From contig NC_057718.1 of assembly GCF_004010195.1 (NCBI RefSeq), positions 86,020,683-86,084,682 of the forward strand: 64,000 bases of DNA, given 5' to 3'. Within the stretch, counting starts at the first letter, position 1; each line of letters begins with the position of its first letter. Below are positions 25,975 through 39,326 of the stretch, one piece after another. The notes beneath the pieces are model-generated. The model was not told where the DNA came from. It saw only the letters and a program-made list of their open reading frames with translations, and did no database searches. A program made the translations under genes and the position numbers. The DNA comes from Chiloscyllium plagiosum (Eukaryota).

Positions 25975-27876
25975 GGGTTGGAGGGTTTGAGCTGTAGACA
26001 GAGGCTGAATATGCTGGAGCTGTTTTCCCTGGAGCATTGGAGTCTGAGGGATGACCTTATAGAGGTTTATAAAATCATGAGGGGTATGGATAGGGTGAAT
26101 AGTCAAAGTCTTTTCTCCAGGGTAGGACAGTCCAAATCGAGAGGGCATAGGTTTAAGGTGTGAGGGGAAAGTTTTTAACGGGACCGAAGAGGCAGCTTTT
26201 TCATGCAGAGGGTGACGCATGTATGGAGTGAGCTGCCAGAGGAAGTAATGGAAGTTGTTACAATTACAACATTTAGCGGACACTTGGATGGATGCATGAA
26301 TAGGAAGAGTTTGGAAGGATGTGGGCCAAAGGCTGGGAAATAGAAATAAATGGAATTCCTCTCCATCCAAGTCCTGAACACTATGGCAGTCCCAGCTATG
26401 GTTGGAAAGTTAAAATCCCCTACCATTACCATCCTATTATTCCTACAGATAACTGAGGTCTCCTTACAAAATGGTTTCTCAATTTCCCGCTGACTATTGA
26501 GGAGTCTATAATACAATCCCAATAAGGTGATCATCCCTTTCTTATTTCTCAGTTCCACCCACATAACTTCTCTGAACATATTCCCAGGAATATCCTCCCT
26601 CAATACAACCGTGATGTTCTCCCTAATGAAAAACACCTCCTCCTCTTTTACCTGCCTTTCTTCTCTTCCTACAGCATCTCTACTCTGGAACATTAAGCTG
26701 CCTGTCTTGTCCTTCCTTAAGCCACATCTCTGTAATCATTATGAGCACATGGAGTACAGGGAGAGCTAGCCATTTAGGTATAAAATTGGCTCAAAGGTAG
26801 GAGACAGATGGGAGCCATGTGACCAGTGGTGTGCCACTAGAATCAGTGCTGGGTCCACCAGTTTTATCATTTATATAAAAGATTTTGGATGTGTACATTG
26901 GAAAAATGGTTAGTAAATTTGCAGATGACACCAAAATTGTTGGTGGACAGGGCAGAGGAGAGGTTTATCTCAGAGTAAAACAGGGCATTGATCAGTTGGG
27001 CCAATGGGCTGAAAGGTAGCAGGTGTAGTTTAATTTAGATTAATGTAAAGTGCTGCATTTTGGTAGGGCAAGTCAGGGCAGGACTTATACACTTAATGGA
27101 AAGCTCTTGGGTTGTGTTGCTGAGCAACGAGACCTATGGATGCGTTCCAGCAATAAAGTTTCAACTTTGATCTCCAGCATCTGCAGACCTCACTTTCTCC
27201 TCGAGGACTTATACACTTAATGGAAAGCTCTTGGGTTGTGTTGCTGAGCAACGAGACCTATGGATGCAAGTTCATAGTTCCTTGAAGGTGGAGTCACAGT
27301 AGACAGGGTAGTGAAGAAAGCAAATGGTACGCTTACCCTTATTGGTCAGTGCGTTGAGTGTAGGAGTTGGGATGTCATGTTGCAGCTGTGCAGGACATTG
27401 GTTTGGTCATGTTTCGAATACTGTAATCAATTCTGGTCTCCCTGCTATGGGAAAGATACTTGAGCTATAGTGAAAGTCAGGATTGGCTGAAGCTATTTTC
27501 TCTGCATTGTCAAAGGCTGAGGAGTGACCTTATAGAGGTTTGTAACATCATGAGGAGCATGGATAGAATGAAAAGCCAGCGTCTTATTCCTAGGCTTAGG
27601 GAGTCCAAAACTAGAGGGCATAGGTTTTAGGTGAGGGGAGGAAAATTTAAAAGGCACCGAAAGGGCAACATTTTCATGTGGTCAGTATATAAAAAGAGCA
27701 GCCAGAGGAAATGGTGGAGGCTGATACAATCACAACATTTAAAAGGCATATGAACTGGTACATGAATAGGAAGAGTTTAGAGGGAGATGATTGGAATAAT
27801 TTAGAATACCTGGTCGGCATGGATGAGTTAGACCAAAGGGTCTATTTCCACATGTACGTCTTTATGACTCTATGAC
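25975..27876. mobile_element. Mosaic of CR1 pieces (+ 25975-26345; - endonuclease 26345-26735; + RT-to-tail 26745-27876)
   Basis: ORF 26175..26693 (WVELRNKKG..LGLYYR..VGDFNFP); KFADDTK at about 26915; TATGACTC tail at about 27862-27876. Confidence 0.8.
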
Positions 27877-27879
27877 CTC

Positions 27880-30800
27880 ACTAGCTCTACCTACCAACTT
27901 TGTTTGGATCAACAATACCCACATGGTCATGAGCCTTTTCATTTGTTTAGCCACTTTCTGAAATGAAATGATCATTACATCCAATTGTCTCAGACACATT
28001 GCAGACAACATAAATGTTGAAATGTTGTGACACCAACACCAAATTCAAGGGTTCATTCTCAATTGTGGAATATCTCTGTTGATAAGGACTCAATTTTCTG
28101 GAAAAAAATGCCCATTAGGTCCGTCTATGTTCTCGTTGTCTTCTTGTAGCACCAACACCCACATCATTCGTATTGATAGCCATCTTGAATGACTTTGTGT
28201 AATTAGTTGTGGCTAACACTGGGGCAGTGGTTACTGCAGCTTTCAAGCTGTCAAATGTCTTCTGACAGTTCACTATCCACTGAGATTTTCTGCACCTCTT
28301 GAGTAAGTCAGTCAGTGGAGCAACCACACTGTGAAAATCCAGTACTGATGTGGAGGTGGCAGTGCTGGACTGGGGTAGACAAAGTTAAAAATCACACATC
28401 AGCAGGTTATAGTACAACAGGTTTATTTGGAAGCACTCGTTTTTGGAGCACTGCTCTTTTGACAGATAACTAGAAGGAGCAGCGCTCCAAAAGCTAGTAC
28501 TTCTAAATAATCCTGTTGAGCAAAATCCAGGACAAACTTCAGATAAAACCACTCAATTTCAGGAATTGTAGTACTGCCCTTTTCATCAATGGTTTGGGAA
28601 CATCCCCAATAACCTTAGTTTTCACATCCCATGTGGCCATCTATTCATGTCTTTTAACATGTTCCAGGAACATGACTTGGGCTTTTGCAAACTCAATCTT
28701 TGCTGAGTTCATCACCAAGCTTGCCTCCTGAAGTCGATTGAGCAATTCCAGTAAATGCTGCAAATGTTCCTTCCATGTCTGACTAAAAGTCATCAGGTTG
28801 TCAATGTATACCACACAATGAGATAATCCTGAATAGACTTTGAAATGTGACTGGTACATTTTTCATAACAAATGGCATGACTTTAAATTAGTACAGAATC
28901 GAAAAGTGTGTTCACGAAATCTGAAATGGTTTTCAGTCTTTCAGATTAAGGTACCTGCCATTATCCTTTAAGTAAGTCCAACTTAGAAATGTAATTTGTT
29001 TGTCCCACCATCTCAATGCATTCTTCCAAATGTTGAATAGGATATGAATCAGATTTTGTAACTGCATTGACTTTGCAATAGACCAGATAATCTTTGGGTT
29101 CTGTCTGGTTTTGGCACCATTACTATGGGTGAACTCCATTCACTGCAACTCACTTTGATTATGTTGTCTTTGAACATGTATTCAATCTTTTTTTGAACCT
29201 GTGCCAATTTTAGTGGATTAAGTCTATAAGGATATTGCTTAATTGGAACAGTATTTCCTTCAACTGCATTATGCGTAATTAGATTATTACTTTCCAGCTT
29301 ATTCCCACATATCTCTCCATGCAATGAGGTTAAATCTTTAAGTTCCTTTTGATTTTCCTCTGGAAGGTAACTCAGTAATTTATCCCAAGTTTTGAGAACT
29401 TCCTCATTGTCCAATTTAATTTGAAGAATGTTCAATTTAGAATCCTCTGAACCAGTAACACATTCTCCTTTTGCTTTCCTTCCTTATCAAAACACCTTCT
29501 GAGCATATTTACATGACACACTTTGTGAGACTTCTTTCTATCTGATGTTCTTATCAAATAATTCACCTCACTCAATCTCCCTTTGATTAAATATATCCAC
29601 TAAACCTTGCTTTTAATGGTTCACCTATCACTGGAAGTAACACTTGCACTTTATCTCCACAAGTAAAATTGTGAATTTGTGATTTCTTGTCTGTTTCCTG
29701 TTTCATCATATATTGTACTACTTTCAAAGTCTGGACAACTCACCCGCCTGAATATGTGATGGTCTCCATTTCCTGATCAAGGCGTTATTTTTAAGTTAAC
29801 AACATTCTGGAATAAACTCAGATTCTTCTTCTGTATATGTTTTTTGATACAAGTGCTTCAGTTTCTCATCATTCTGTTGTAAGTCAGCTAATTTCCCTGA
29901 AATAAAAATATCCATTTTCTCCTCCACCTGCGCTTGTTTCTTTTCTCAACCATTCAATCAGTCATGGTCTCGGATAATTGTATTTCAACTCCCTGGTCTT
30001 TATTCTTTGATTTTTCCTCCTGCTTCAACCCGTGGCTTTGTGACCTTGTTACCACACAGTCAGGATGTACTTCCTGTCAAACATCAGTTGTCTGATTTTC
30101 CACTGGCTTTTCCACCACAGTAGACAGCACTTCTACCTGTGAACCTGCTATGTCATTTCCAAGGATAAATTGTATTCCTGGAGCGGGGAATTTCTCCATT
30201 ACCCGCCACCCCCCACCACGTCTCTACTTTTAAATACTCCAATTTCACTTTACATAATGGAGCACTTCTTGTCTCACCATGAATTCCACATGTTACCACT
30301 TTTTCTATCATCAGTCCTTCCGAATTACACATCTCCTCATCTCTCAATATCAAAATGAATCTCTTGTTTCTATCTCTCTTATCCCTTAATATTGTAATGT
30401 GTTTCCCTGCTCATCCTGAGCACATGAGTAAACCTTACTCTCAGAAGTAAATGTTGTAAGAAGACCTGGTATTTACTTCTGAACCAGCCCCTGACCAGGT
30501 TGTACATTCTGCTGCAGCTTTTTAGCTTCCACTGTGCTTCCTTAATCATTTCAACAAAACTCACTGGCTTCTCCTGTTTTCCGACATCTGTCTTCCCAGC
30601 GATTTTTCTAAACCATCAACGCGGTGACTTCATGTGGCCCATCTCATTACAGTGAAAACACCTGAGCTTTTTCTCACCTCTCTTTCCCCCCTCAGGGGTT
30701 TCCTGTTTACCCTGTGGTGAATTATCTTTACTATCTCTTTCCTCAATTTCTATCACTCACAGATTGAAATTGATGCTGGATGCTACACATTGATTTATGA

Positions 30801-32630
30801 ACCAACACAAAATCATCAGCCATTTTCGCTGATAATCAGCTCTTCCACATGAGTTCTCATTGCTTCAGGAAGTGAGCTTTTGAACTTCTCCAAAATAATC
30901 GTCTTTCTAAGAGTGTAAGATGTTTGATGTATTTTCAATGCCTTATCCACCTATCAAATTACTTTGTGTGATCATTTCAAACTCAATGTATGTTGGACCA
31001 GGGTGCCTCTTTAAATTCCTGAAACATTGTCTGTCGGCTTCTGGTACTAGTACTTCAGATCGCTTTCTTCACCCCCTCATACTCCCCAGGGACTTCCTCT
31101 GATAGTTTTGCAAATAACTCACCAGCTCTACCTACCATCTTCGTTTGAATTCACAATACCCATATGGTCACTGGCCACTTCATTTATTTAGCCACTTCCT
31201 CAAATGAAATGAAGAAGCCTTCTGCATCTTTCTTGTTGAATTTAGGTAATGCTTAGGCATATTTAAAAAGATCCCCACCAGACCTTTGTCTACAATGAGT
31301 TTGCTCATCATCACTATCTTTGACACTGAACTTACCTTCTGCCTCCAACTCTGTCCTTTTACATCGACTTTCTTCCCTAATTACCAAGTTCTGAAGATCA
31401 AATGCTTTCTCTTTCTGCCTTTCTCATCTCTCTTTCTCTCTTTCTTCTGCTGGGATCTTCCTCTCCTTTTCTTTTTCCTCTGCTTTTAATCGTAATTCAA
31501 ACTGTTTCATTTCATTTTCTCTTTCTTTCTGTGCTGCCAATGCTATCCTTTCCTTATCTTTTGCCTCTGATTCAAACTGATTCATTAACAATTGAATTTT
31601 AGCCATTTCCAAAGATTCTGATGGTATTTTTGACGATTTTAAATGCTGTGCAATTGCCACAACTACCTCCCCTTTCCTTGCAGACCCAGACAACCCCAGC
31701 TCCAGCCTCTTCACCAATTCCAAAAGCTTTACTATGGTCACTTTTACTTGAACCCCTTGTTCCCAGCCCCTGAAGTTATTTCTTCCAGTCCCAGAAAACT
31801 CTTCATAACAGAACGATCCATTACTACACAAGGCACACCTGCTTAAACCAATCGGATCCAATACTCGAAATAAAAAGCACCAACAATTACCTCTCGCTGT
31901 CTTTGAGTTCAACGATCCTAAAGCTAACTTGGAATTACGGATTTCAGTTTTGACAAGAGCTGCAAGTTTATTGTGAACAAGACCAGTCACACAAAATATT
32001 TTAAGAGGGTAGACTAAACCCTAATCGTTTCTTATTTTTACAGTAACTGTGAAGTGCCGTGTTCCAGATGTAATGTGACTGGTCAAACAACTCGACATGA
32101 AACAAATCACAATTTATTTAAACATGAGACACATAATACACATAATACATTCAAAAAAAAGAAGAATTTAGAAAACCTCAACTGTTGGAAAACTTAACCA
32201 AATAATAGATACAGTAACTTTTATTATTTAACTGTTGCAATACAGCAACATCCCATCAACACAGCCCTTGGATAAAAGATAAATTCAGGCACAGACTCTC
32301 ACATGCTGTTCTCCAATCCAAGAGGAAAATTATCAAGAAAAAATTCAGGGAAAGTAGCATTTGAGAGACATTCACTGCAGCTCCCAACTCTTTTGAGACC
32401 CCAAATGTTTTTGATTAAAACTGAACCAAACAAGTGGAAAAAGACGAGAGAGCCTGGTGTGTGTGAGCTGGCCACATTCAGGCTGCTTCCATTGTTCCAA
32501 CCTTAAAACTAACGCCAAGGCCTCACAAATTGTTTACTTTCTGTGAGACACCTCTGCACCTCGGACTTACAAACTCTCTGCAAAAAAGAGAGGAGAAAAT
32601 AAGCTGTTAAAGTGACAGCATCGTCACCTT
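27880..32630 (-). mobile_element. Decayed Gypsy LTR retrotransposon, Gmr1-like order gag-PR-IN-RT-RH, with LTR-like 5' region at about 31970-32630
   Basis: Gag coiled coil (ORF 31424..31990); CFHCNEMGH knuckle at about 30635-30660; integrase C-terminus GDKVQVLLP..LKARFSG..CHVNML at about 29500-29690; RT WSSPIVMVPKPD (29049..29435) and VYIDN (28641..28859); linker/RNase H APLTDLLK..APVL (28115..28327). Confidence 0.85.
28347..28520. mobile_element. Family B Penelope-type palindromic insertion inside Gypsy RT
   Basis: CAACAGGTTTATTTGGAAGCACT...AGTACTTCTAAATAATCCTGTTG inverted arms; GGAGCAGCGCTCC hairpin followed by AAAAGCTAG. Confidence 0.7.
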
Positions 32631-33899
32631 GTTTTCGAGACCAGTACAGCAAGTGTTTTACTACCCAGCACCTGGGGGACAAGGAGAGGATCAGTTGATC
32701 AAACAATCTTGTTGATCAAGAAGTTCATACAACCAATATAAAAACACATTCAGTAATAGAAACATAATACAGGGGGGGGGGTACACATCTCTGTTATCCT
32801 TAATTTGCTGCAAAAATCAGTTTGATAATAATGTAATGTTGCCTTAAATAAAGCTTACTGACAGCGAGCCTTCTCACTCTCACTCTCAGGCATTGCAGAG
32901 ATTACAGGGATATTTCTGGTATTTCAGGGATATACTTGTTACTGGTTTATTGAGAGTTCCAGTTCACATGGTGCTGGTTAAACCAAAGTTTGCTGTGCAC
33001 AAAACAATATTTATACGTTTTGATATTTATAAAGACACGCATTGTCAGAGCTGACTCTATTGTGGATTATATTCAAGACAAAAAATGTGGAGATTTGGTT
33101 CAGTTTAAGGTGGATTAGAGATTGTTAGCTTTGAATTTGTTCCATGATGCCTCATATGGATTCTACCAAAAACATAGTCCGTTGAGCTTAAGCAAAGGAC
33201 TCAGTAAATGCAGATTTGCAAGCAGAAAATGCAAGGACTAGTAAAATAGGTGAGGCCTATTAGCTCTGTAAAGAGAGGAGAAATTTAGATTCAGAAGACT
33301 TGCCAAGGAAATGTCTGTGTGCGTCACATGGGTGGTGATGTGTGACTGTCAATGATACCGATAATCTGCCATTCATTTTACTCCTCTTTGGATAACAACA
33401 TTCACACAAACTGGACACTGTTGTCACATGGTGCGGGTGTAAGATCGATGTAGTGTGGTGCTCCACAGCAACATGTCCGCTCCCTTGGCTGATGATGGTT
33501 GGAAACCACGACAAACTGTCTGGCTTTGTGTCTGCACCAAAGTGAAGACATGACAGAAATATTGTGAGCCTTTAAGCTTTAGTTGGGGGGAAAGAATGAG
33601 AAAGGCCAGGCAAGGCATGGGAGAGACGCTTAGTGTAGAGAGCACTAAGAAAGTGAGCAAGGAGCCCTGAGATGGACCTGGCCCAATTGTTCTCCTTCAA
33701 TCTTCCAGTGTAGGTGAAGATTGTATTGTGTAATATCTGTTAAAATTAACTGTACCTGTTTGTTCAAACACCGCAAACTGATTTCACTGTCTCTGCATCT
33801 GCACAAAATCACAGGGGAGATTTAGTTGCTTTATATAACGGATGAATGTCTGATCATTCAGATCTGTCAACAACAATTGATATCGCCCTCTCTCTGAAA

Positions 33900-33969
33900 A
33901 TGGAATTACCAACAATTGAACAGATAGCTTTCACTTACTACCATTTCCTCACAATCTTCGGAGTTCCTG
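33900..33969 (+). CDS. GPR139/GPR142-like GPCR, coding exon 1 (copy a)
   Basis: ATG..MELPTIEQIAFTYYHFLTIFGVP+G, then donor GTAAGA at 33970. Phase 1 joins exon 2 to give FGVP-ANFLTIV, comparable to GPR139 LGLP-ANILTV. Confidence 0.85.
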
Positions 33970-34129
33970 GTAAGAAGCTGAAGCAGGTTGTGTTATCTTT
34001 TCAATCCCACTTTCACTCTGTTCTTTCCCCTGATATATCTCTCAGTGTATAAACCCTCCCTCTTTCTCTCCTCATGTTGGATCCAGTTTCAGGTGTTCCT
34101 ACAAGAAACAGGTCATGCTGTAAATTGTG

Positions 34130-36230
34130 AATTTTACTTCAGTTCCATGAGGACATGAGGAATCTGTGACCTGACGTGTGCTAAATGGTCCTTGTCTGGG
34201 AGGAACAGGTACTTTCAGATTTCTGGATCCCAAAGCTCTCTCCGACTGGGTTTTTATTGCCATGTGTCTGGGTCTGTTGCTGGGACATGGGCCTGGATTT
34301 GATATTGGTCAGTGGGATCAGGCAGGTTGATGGGATAGTACCTGGTCCACATGCTCACACACCTGAACGATCTTCACAGTGGAATCAAGAGCTGGTCACC
34401 CAAGTCACATGGTGCCAGGGCCCTCCTCAGTGAAGCACACGGTGAGGGCGGGTGTCCACTGGGAGAAGGGTCAGGCTGTGAACAGCAAGTCAGCTCCAGC
34501 CATCATTGTACAGGGTTGTGGGGATGAGCAGGCAGCTGAGGGGGAGTGGGATTGTTTAAATATCCTTCAGCTGTGGGGAGGCAGCATTGAGAGTTCTGAA
34601 CCTTTATTGTTGAGGGGAGCAGGTTAGACTGTGAACTTGTCTCCTGTGACAGGGCCATCTTTCACAAACCCCTTTGCCAAGGTGGAGATATCATCCACCC
34701 CATCCAGGGCAGGATCCAAAGCCACTGTGTCTCAGTTATCGGGCAAAGTTGGCAGAGGTGGGCAGTAGATGTTGGCGTGGCTGGTCAATGTGGTTGATGT
34801 ACTGCAAGAGGCTGAGTGAGAGAACAGGGATTAGTGGAGATGTGGCCAAATTGACTCGATGTGGGAGAACACGGGGAATAATTTACGATGTCTTTACAGG
34901 AATGGTATGGCTGATAACCTTCATTAAATACATGCACATGAGGATGGATGTGTAGTTATTGCTATTGTTCATTTGGCTGGTCTGATGAATGGATGTTGAC
35001 TTGAGAGTTTACTCACCAGAGCTTGTTGATAGTGTGTATCCCAGCATCCTTTTCAGTGCCTGCCCTATCTTTGCCATATACACAATGGTCCTGTCACTGG
35101 AGGTGACATTGTGGAGTTGAGCAGGATGTTAATCCTTTTGACAGATCACCTTGGTGTTTGTGTGAATCTTATTGCTATGCCACTCAACATCTGATCTCAT
35201 GTGTTGCATTGGGATCATGAGCCATCACTTCAATAGACAGCCCTTCCCTCCCAGAATCTATCTCTCCAATGGCTGTGGTACATTGCCCACTATGGAACCG
35301 AGGGCTGTTGAAGTTTGTATGATGCATGATTCCCAAGAAGGGCTTATGCCCGAAACGTCGATTCTCCTGTTCCCTGGATGCTGCCTGACCTGCTGCGCTT
35401 TTCCAGAAACACATTTCCAGCTCTGATCTCCAGCATCTGCAGACCTCACTTTCTCCTCCCTGGAATAGACACACGTACCTGGAGAAGCCTTTGTCGATAA
35501 TTGCTGACTAATTGGACACTCTGGGAGTTTGTCCCTTTAATATTTACAAATGCCCCTGGTTGTCTCACTGAAGCCTCAACAACAACATGCTTGTAATCAA
35601 TGACACCTTCCAGTTTTGAGAATCCAGCAAGATTCCTGAATCCTGTGGCCATCTTCCTGCCTGGTGAACGTTATCTGTGGTGAAAGTGATGTTGTTGCCA
35701 ATGTTCTCCCTTTCATACCGTGTTGTACAGGAGCTTACAGCCCACTGTAAACATCTCAATCTAATGCTTACAAAGAGCTGGAGGCACAAAGGCTCAGTGC
35801 CACGGGTGATCATTAAAACTCAGAACTCTGAATCCCCAGTCACACTGATGTGTCACAAAGAGACATCACTGACACCCTGGAGAGACACACTCTGTGCAGA
35901 CACTGGGGCTCCAGATGCTGCAGATAGTTTGCCCTCTGTCTGTAAATGCAAGGCACTGATTGTACATTCTCCTTTCAGGCTGCTGTTATTCTCAATGGTT
36001 TCCTTACACAGGACTAGGTCCATTATGTCCCTGTTATACAGAGCCCATCTACCCCTGGCTATCTGCCCTCTTGAACCTTCTGGTCTTGACCTCCTCCCAC
36101 TTTTACAACCCTCATGGGGACAGCTGCCTCTGAGCTCCTGTCTGAGTCTCAAAACTAACAACAGCCCTGTCCCGAGCCCTCAAGCCTTCTCTCTCCTCTG
36201 GTATGTTTCTTATTGTGCTGAATATTCCAC
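34130..36230 (-). mobile_element. PIF/Harbinger DNA transposon relic (HARBI1-like DDE transposase), intronic
   Basis: QRANYLQ..QCLHRVCLSR; LAGFSKLEGVIDYKHV..PGAFVNIKGTNSQSVQLV..PG (ORF 35446..35652); ILGGKGCLLK*WLMIP (compare LLGDxGYPLxxWLMTP). Confidence 0.8.
35334..35456 (+). mobile_element. Family A Penelope-derived short insertion, present only in duplication unit 1
   Basis: AAGAAGGGCTTATGCCCGAAACGTCGATT..CTCACTTTCTCC; empty site GATTCC|TCCCTGG at about 37990 in unit 2. Confidence 0.9.
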
Positions 36231-36547
36231 CTTCATGCAGAAAGTCACCAAATACATCCAACCACTCCACCTGCAAATGTTTTGATGGATTTTTATCTGT
36301 TTCAGTGTCTCTAACATAACACTGCTGGAAAATCCTTTGCCTGCGTAACTTCTGAATCCCATAAAATTGTGGTCAATTGTGCTCACATTGAGTTTCGGTG
36401 TATTTCAGTTCGTCAATGTTCAAAGGGGGCAGCCCCTCGCAATCCCACCCACCCTTCTGTTTAATTATAGACTGGCATAAGGCAATGTGATGGGGGGGTA
36501 CATTCACTCAATCCATCTCTACAATTGATATCGCCCTCTCTCTGAAA

Positions 36548-36617
36548 ATGGAATTACCAACAATTGAACAGATAGCTTTCACTTACTACCATTTCCTCAC
36601 AATCTTTGGAGTTCCTG
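36548..36617 (+). CDS. GPR139/GPR142-like GPCR, coding exon 1 (duplicate copy b)
   Basis: Same peptide as copy a with one synonymous TTC/TTT change; donor GTAAGA at 36618. Confidence 0.8.
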
Positions 36618-36779
36618 GTAAGAAGCTGAAGCAGGTTGTGTTATCTTTTCAATCCCACTTTGGCTCTGTTCTTTCCCCTGATATATCTCTCAGTGTATAA
36701 ACTCTCCCTCTTTCTCTCCTCATGCTGGATCCAGTTTCAGGTGTTCCTACAAGAAACAGGTCATGCTGTAAATTGTGAA

Positions 36780-38760
36780 TTTTACTCTAGTTCCATGAGG
36801 ACATGAGGAATCTGTGACCTGACGTGTGCTAAATGGTCCTTGTCTGGGAGGAACAGGTACTTTCAGATTTCTGGATCCCAAAGCTCTCTCCGACTGGGTT
36901 TTTATTGCCATGTGTCTGGGTCTGTTGCTGGGACATGGGCCTGGATTTGATGTTGGTCAGTGGGATCGGGCAGGTCGATGGGATAGTGCCCGGTCCATGT
37001 GCTCACACACCCGAACGATCTTCACAGTGGGACCAAGAGCTGGTCACCCAAGTCACATGGTGCCAGGGGCCTCCTCAGTGCAGCACATGGTGAGGGCGGG
37101 TGTTCCCTGGGAGAAGGGTCAGGCTGTGAACAGCAAGTCAGCTCTAGCCGTCATTGTACAGGGCTGTGGGGATGAGCAGGCAGCTGAGGGGAAATGGGAT
37201 TGTGTAAATCTCCTTCAGCTGTGGGGAGGCAGCATTGAGAGTTCCGAACCATTATTGTTGAGGGAGCAGGTTAGACCGTGAATTTGTCTCCTGTGACAGG
37301 GCCATCTTTCACAAACCCCTTTGCCAAGGTGGAGATATCATCCACCCCGTCCAGGGGAGGATCCAAAGCCACTGTGTCTCAGTTATCGGGCAGAGTTGGC
37401 AGAGGTGGGCACTAGATGTCGGCGTGGCTGGTCAATGTGGTTGATGTGCTGCAAGAGGCTGAGTGAGAGAACGGGGACTAGTGGAGATGTGGCCAAACTG
37501 ACTCAATGTGGGAGAACACGGGGAATAATTTACGATGTCTTTACAGGAATGGTATTGCTGATAACCTTCATTAAATACATCCACATGAGGATGGATGTGT
37601 AGGTATTGCTGTCGTTCATTTGGCTGGTCTTATGGATGGATGACGACTTGAGGGTTTACTCACTAGGGTTTGTTGATAGTGTGTATCCCAGCATCCTTTT
37701 CAGTGCCTGCCTTATCTTTGCCATATACACAATGGTCCTGTTATTGGTCAGAGCTTGAGGTGACATTGTGGAGTTGAACAGGATGTTAATCCTTTTGACA
37801 GATCACCTTGGTGTTTGTATGAATCTTATTGCAACGTCACTCAACATCTGATCTCATGTGTCGCATTGGGATCATGAGCCATCTCTTCAATAGACAGCCC
37901 TTCCCTTCCAGAATCTATCTCTCCAATGGCTGTGGTACATTGCCCACTATGGAACCGAGGCCTGTTGAAGGTTGTGTGATGCATGATTCCTCCCTGGAAT
38001 ACGCACCCATACCTGGAGAAGCCTTTGTCGATAATTGCTGACTAATTGGACACTCTGGGAGTTTGTCCCTTTAATATTTACAAATGCCCCTGGTTGTCTC
38101 ACTGAAACCTCAACAACAACATACTTGTAATCGATGACATCTTCCAGTTTTGAGAATCCAGCAAGATTCCTGAATCCTGTGGCCATCTTCCTGCCTGGTG
38201 AACGTTATCTGTGGTGAAAGTGATGTTGTTGCCAATGTTCTCCCCTTCATACAGTGTTGTACAGGAGCTTGCAGCCCACTGTAAACATCTCAATCTAATG
38301 CTTACAAAGAGCTAGAGGCACAAAGTCTCAGTGCCACAGGTGATCATTAAAACTCAGAACTCTGAATACCCAGTCACACTGATGTGTCACAAAGAGACAT
38401 CACTGACTCTCTGGAGAGACACACTCTGTGCAGACACTGGGACTCCAGATGCTGCAGATAGTTTGCCCTCTGTCTGGAAACGCAAGGCACTGATTGTACA
38501 TTCTCTTTCAGGCTGCTGTTATTCTCAATGGTTTCCTTACACAGGACTAGGTCCATTATGTCCCTGTTATACAGAGCCCATCTACCCGTGGCTATCTGCC
38601 CTCTTGAACCTTCTGGTCTTGACCTCCTCCCACTTTTACAACCCTCATGGGGACAGCTGCCTCTGAGCTCCTGTCTGAGTCTCAAAACTAACAACAGCCC
38701 TGTCCCGAGCCCTCAAGCCTTCTCTCTCCTCTGGTATGTTTCTTATTGTGCTGAATATTC
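36780..38760 (-). mobile_element. PIF/Harbinger relic, duplicated copy
   Basis: ORFs 37947..38186 (GFSKLEDVIDYKYV..NIKG..PGRNHAS) and 38374..38694. Confidence 0.8.
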
Positions 38761-39326
38761 CACCTTCATGCAGAAAGTCACCAAATACATCCAACCACTC
38801 CACCTGCAAATGTTTTGATGGATTTTTATCTGTTTCAGTGTCTCTAACATAACACTGCTGGAAAATCCTTTGCCTGCGTAACTTCTGAATCCCATAAAAT
38901 TGTGGTCAATTGTGCTCACATTGAGTTTCGGTGTATTTCAGTTCGTCAATGTTCAAAGGGGGCAGCCCCTCGCAATCCCACCCACCCTTCTGTTTAATTA
39001 TAGACTGGCATAAGGCAATGTGATGGGGGGGTACATTCACTCAATCCATCTCTGTAAAGGGTTTCTAGTTTGAGAAAGATTTTGCTTCCTTCCAATCTGT
39101 GCAATATTTCTACACATTTGTGAGGTTGCCTGATGGGAAATCTCAGTAAATAGACAAGGCTGAAAGAAATAATATCTCAATATTGTAACACAAAATTGGT
39201 GGGAGGAAACACGTGTGCAGTGTAAACCTCAGCGTAGACCTATTGGACCAAATGGCCTGGTTTTGTGTCATGATCTTTTATCAATGCTGTGTTATTAATC
39301 TGGAGATTCTGCTCTTTTCTCTGTAG

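Larger units (their letters stand above)
33873..39053 (+). repeat. Tandem segmental duplication: unit 1 33873-36520, unit 2 36521-39053
   Basis: Both units start ACAATTGATATCGCCC and end CACTCAATCCATCTCT; duplicated ORFs in the track (34185/36833, 34674/37321, 35853/38374). Confidence 0.97.

Noticed and set aside
31424..31990. Cellular coiled-coil protein
   Set aside because: It is the N-terminus of Gypsy gag, continuous with downstream capsid, knuckle and pol remnants.
33846..34052. 68-aa stand-alone ORF
   Set aside because: It is receptor exon 1 read through its GT donor into the intron. The in-frame upstream ATG at 33846 could add 18 residues but cannot be confirmed.
35060..35960. Domesticated HARBI1 gene
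   Set aside because: Multiple stops and frameshifts, altered catalytic motifs (IDYKH, LGGKG) and three decayed copies indicate a transposon fossil.
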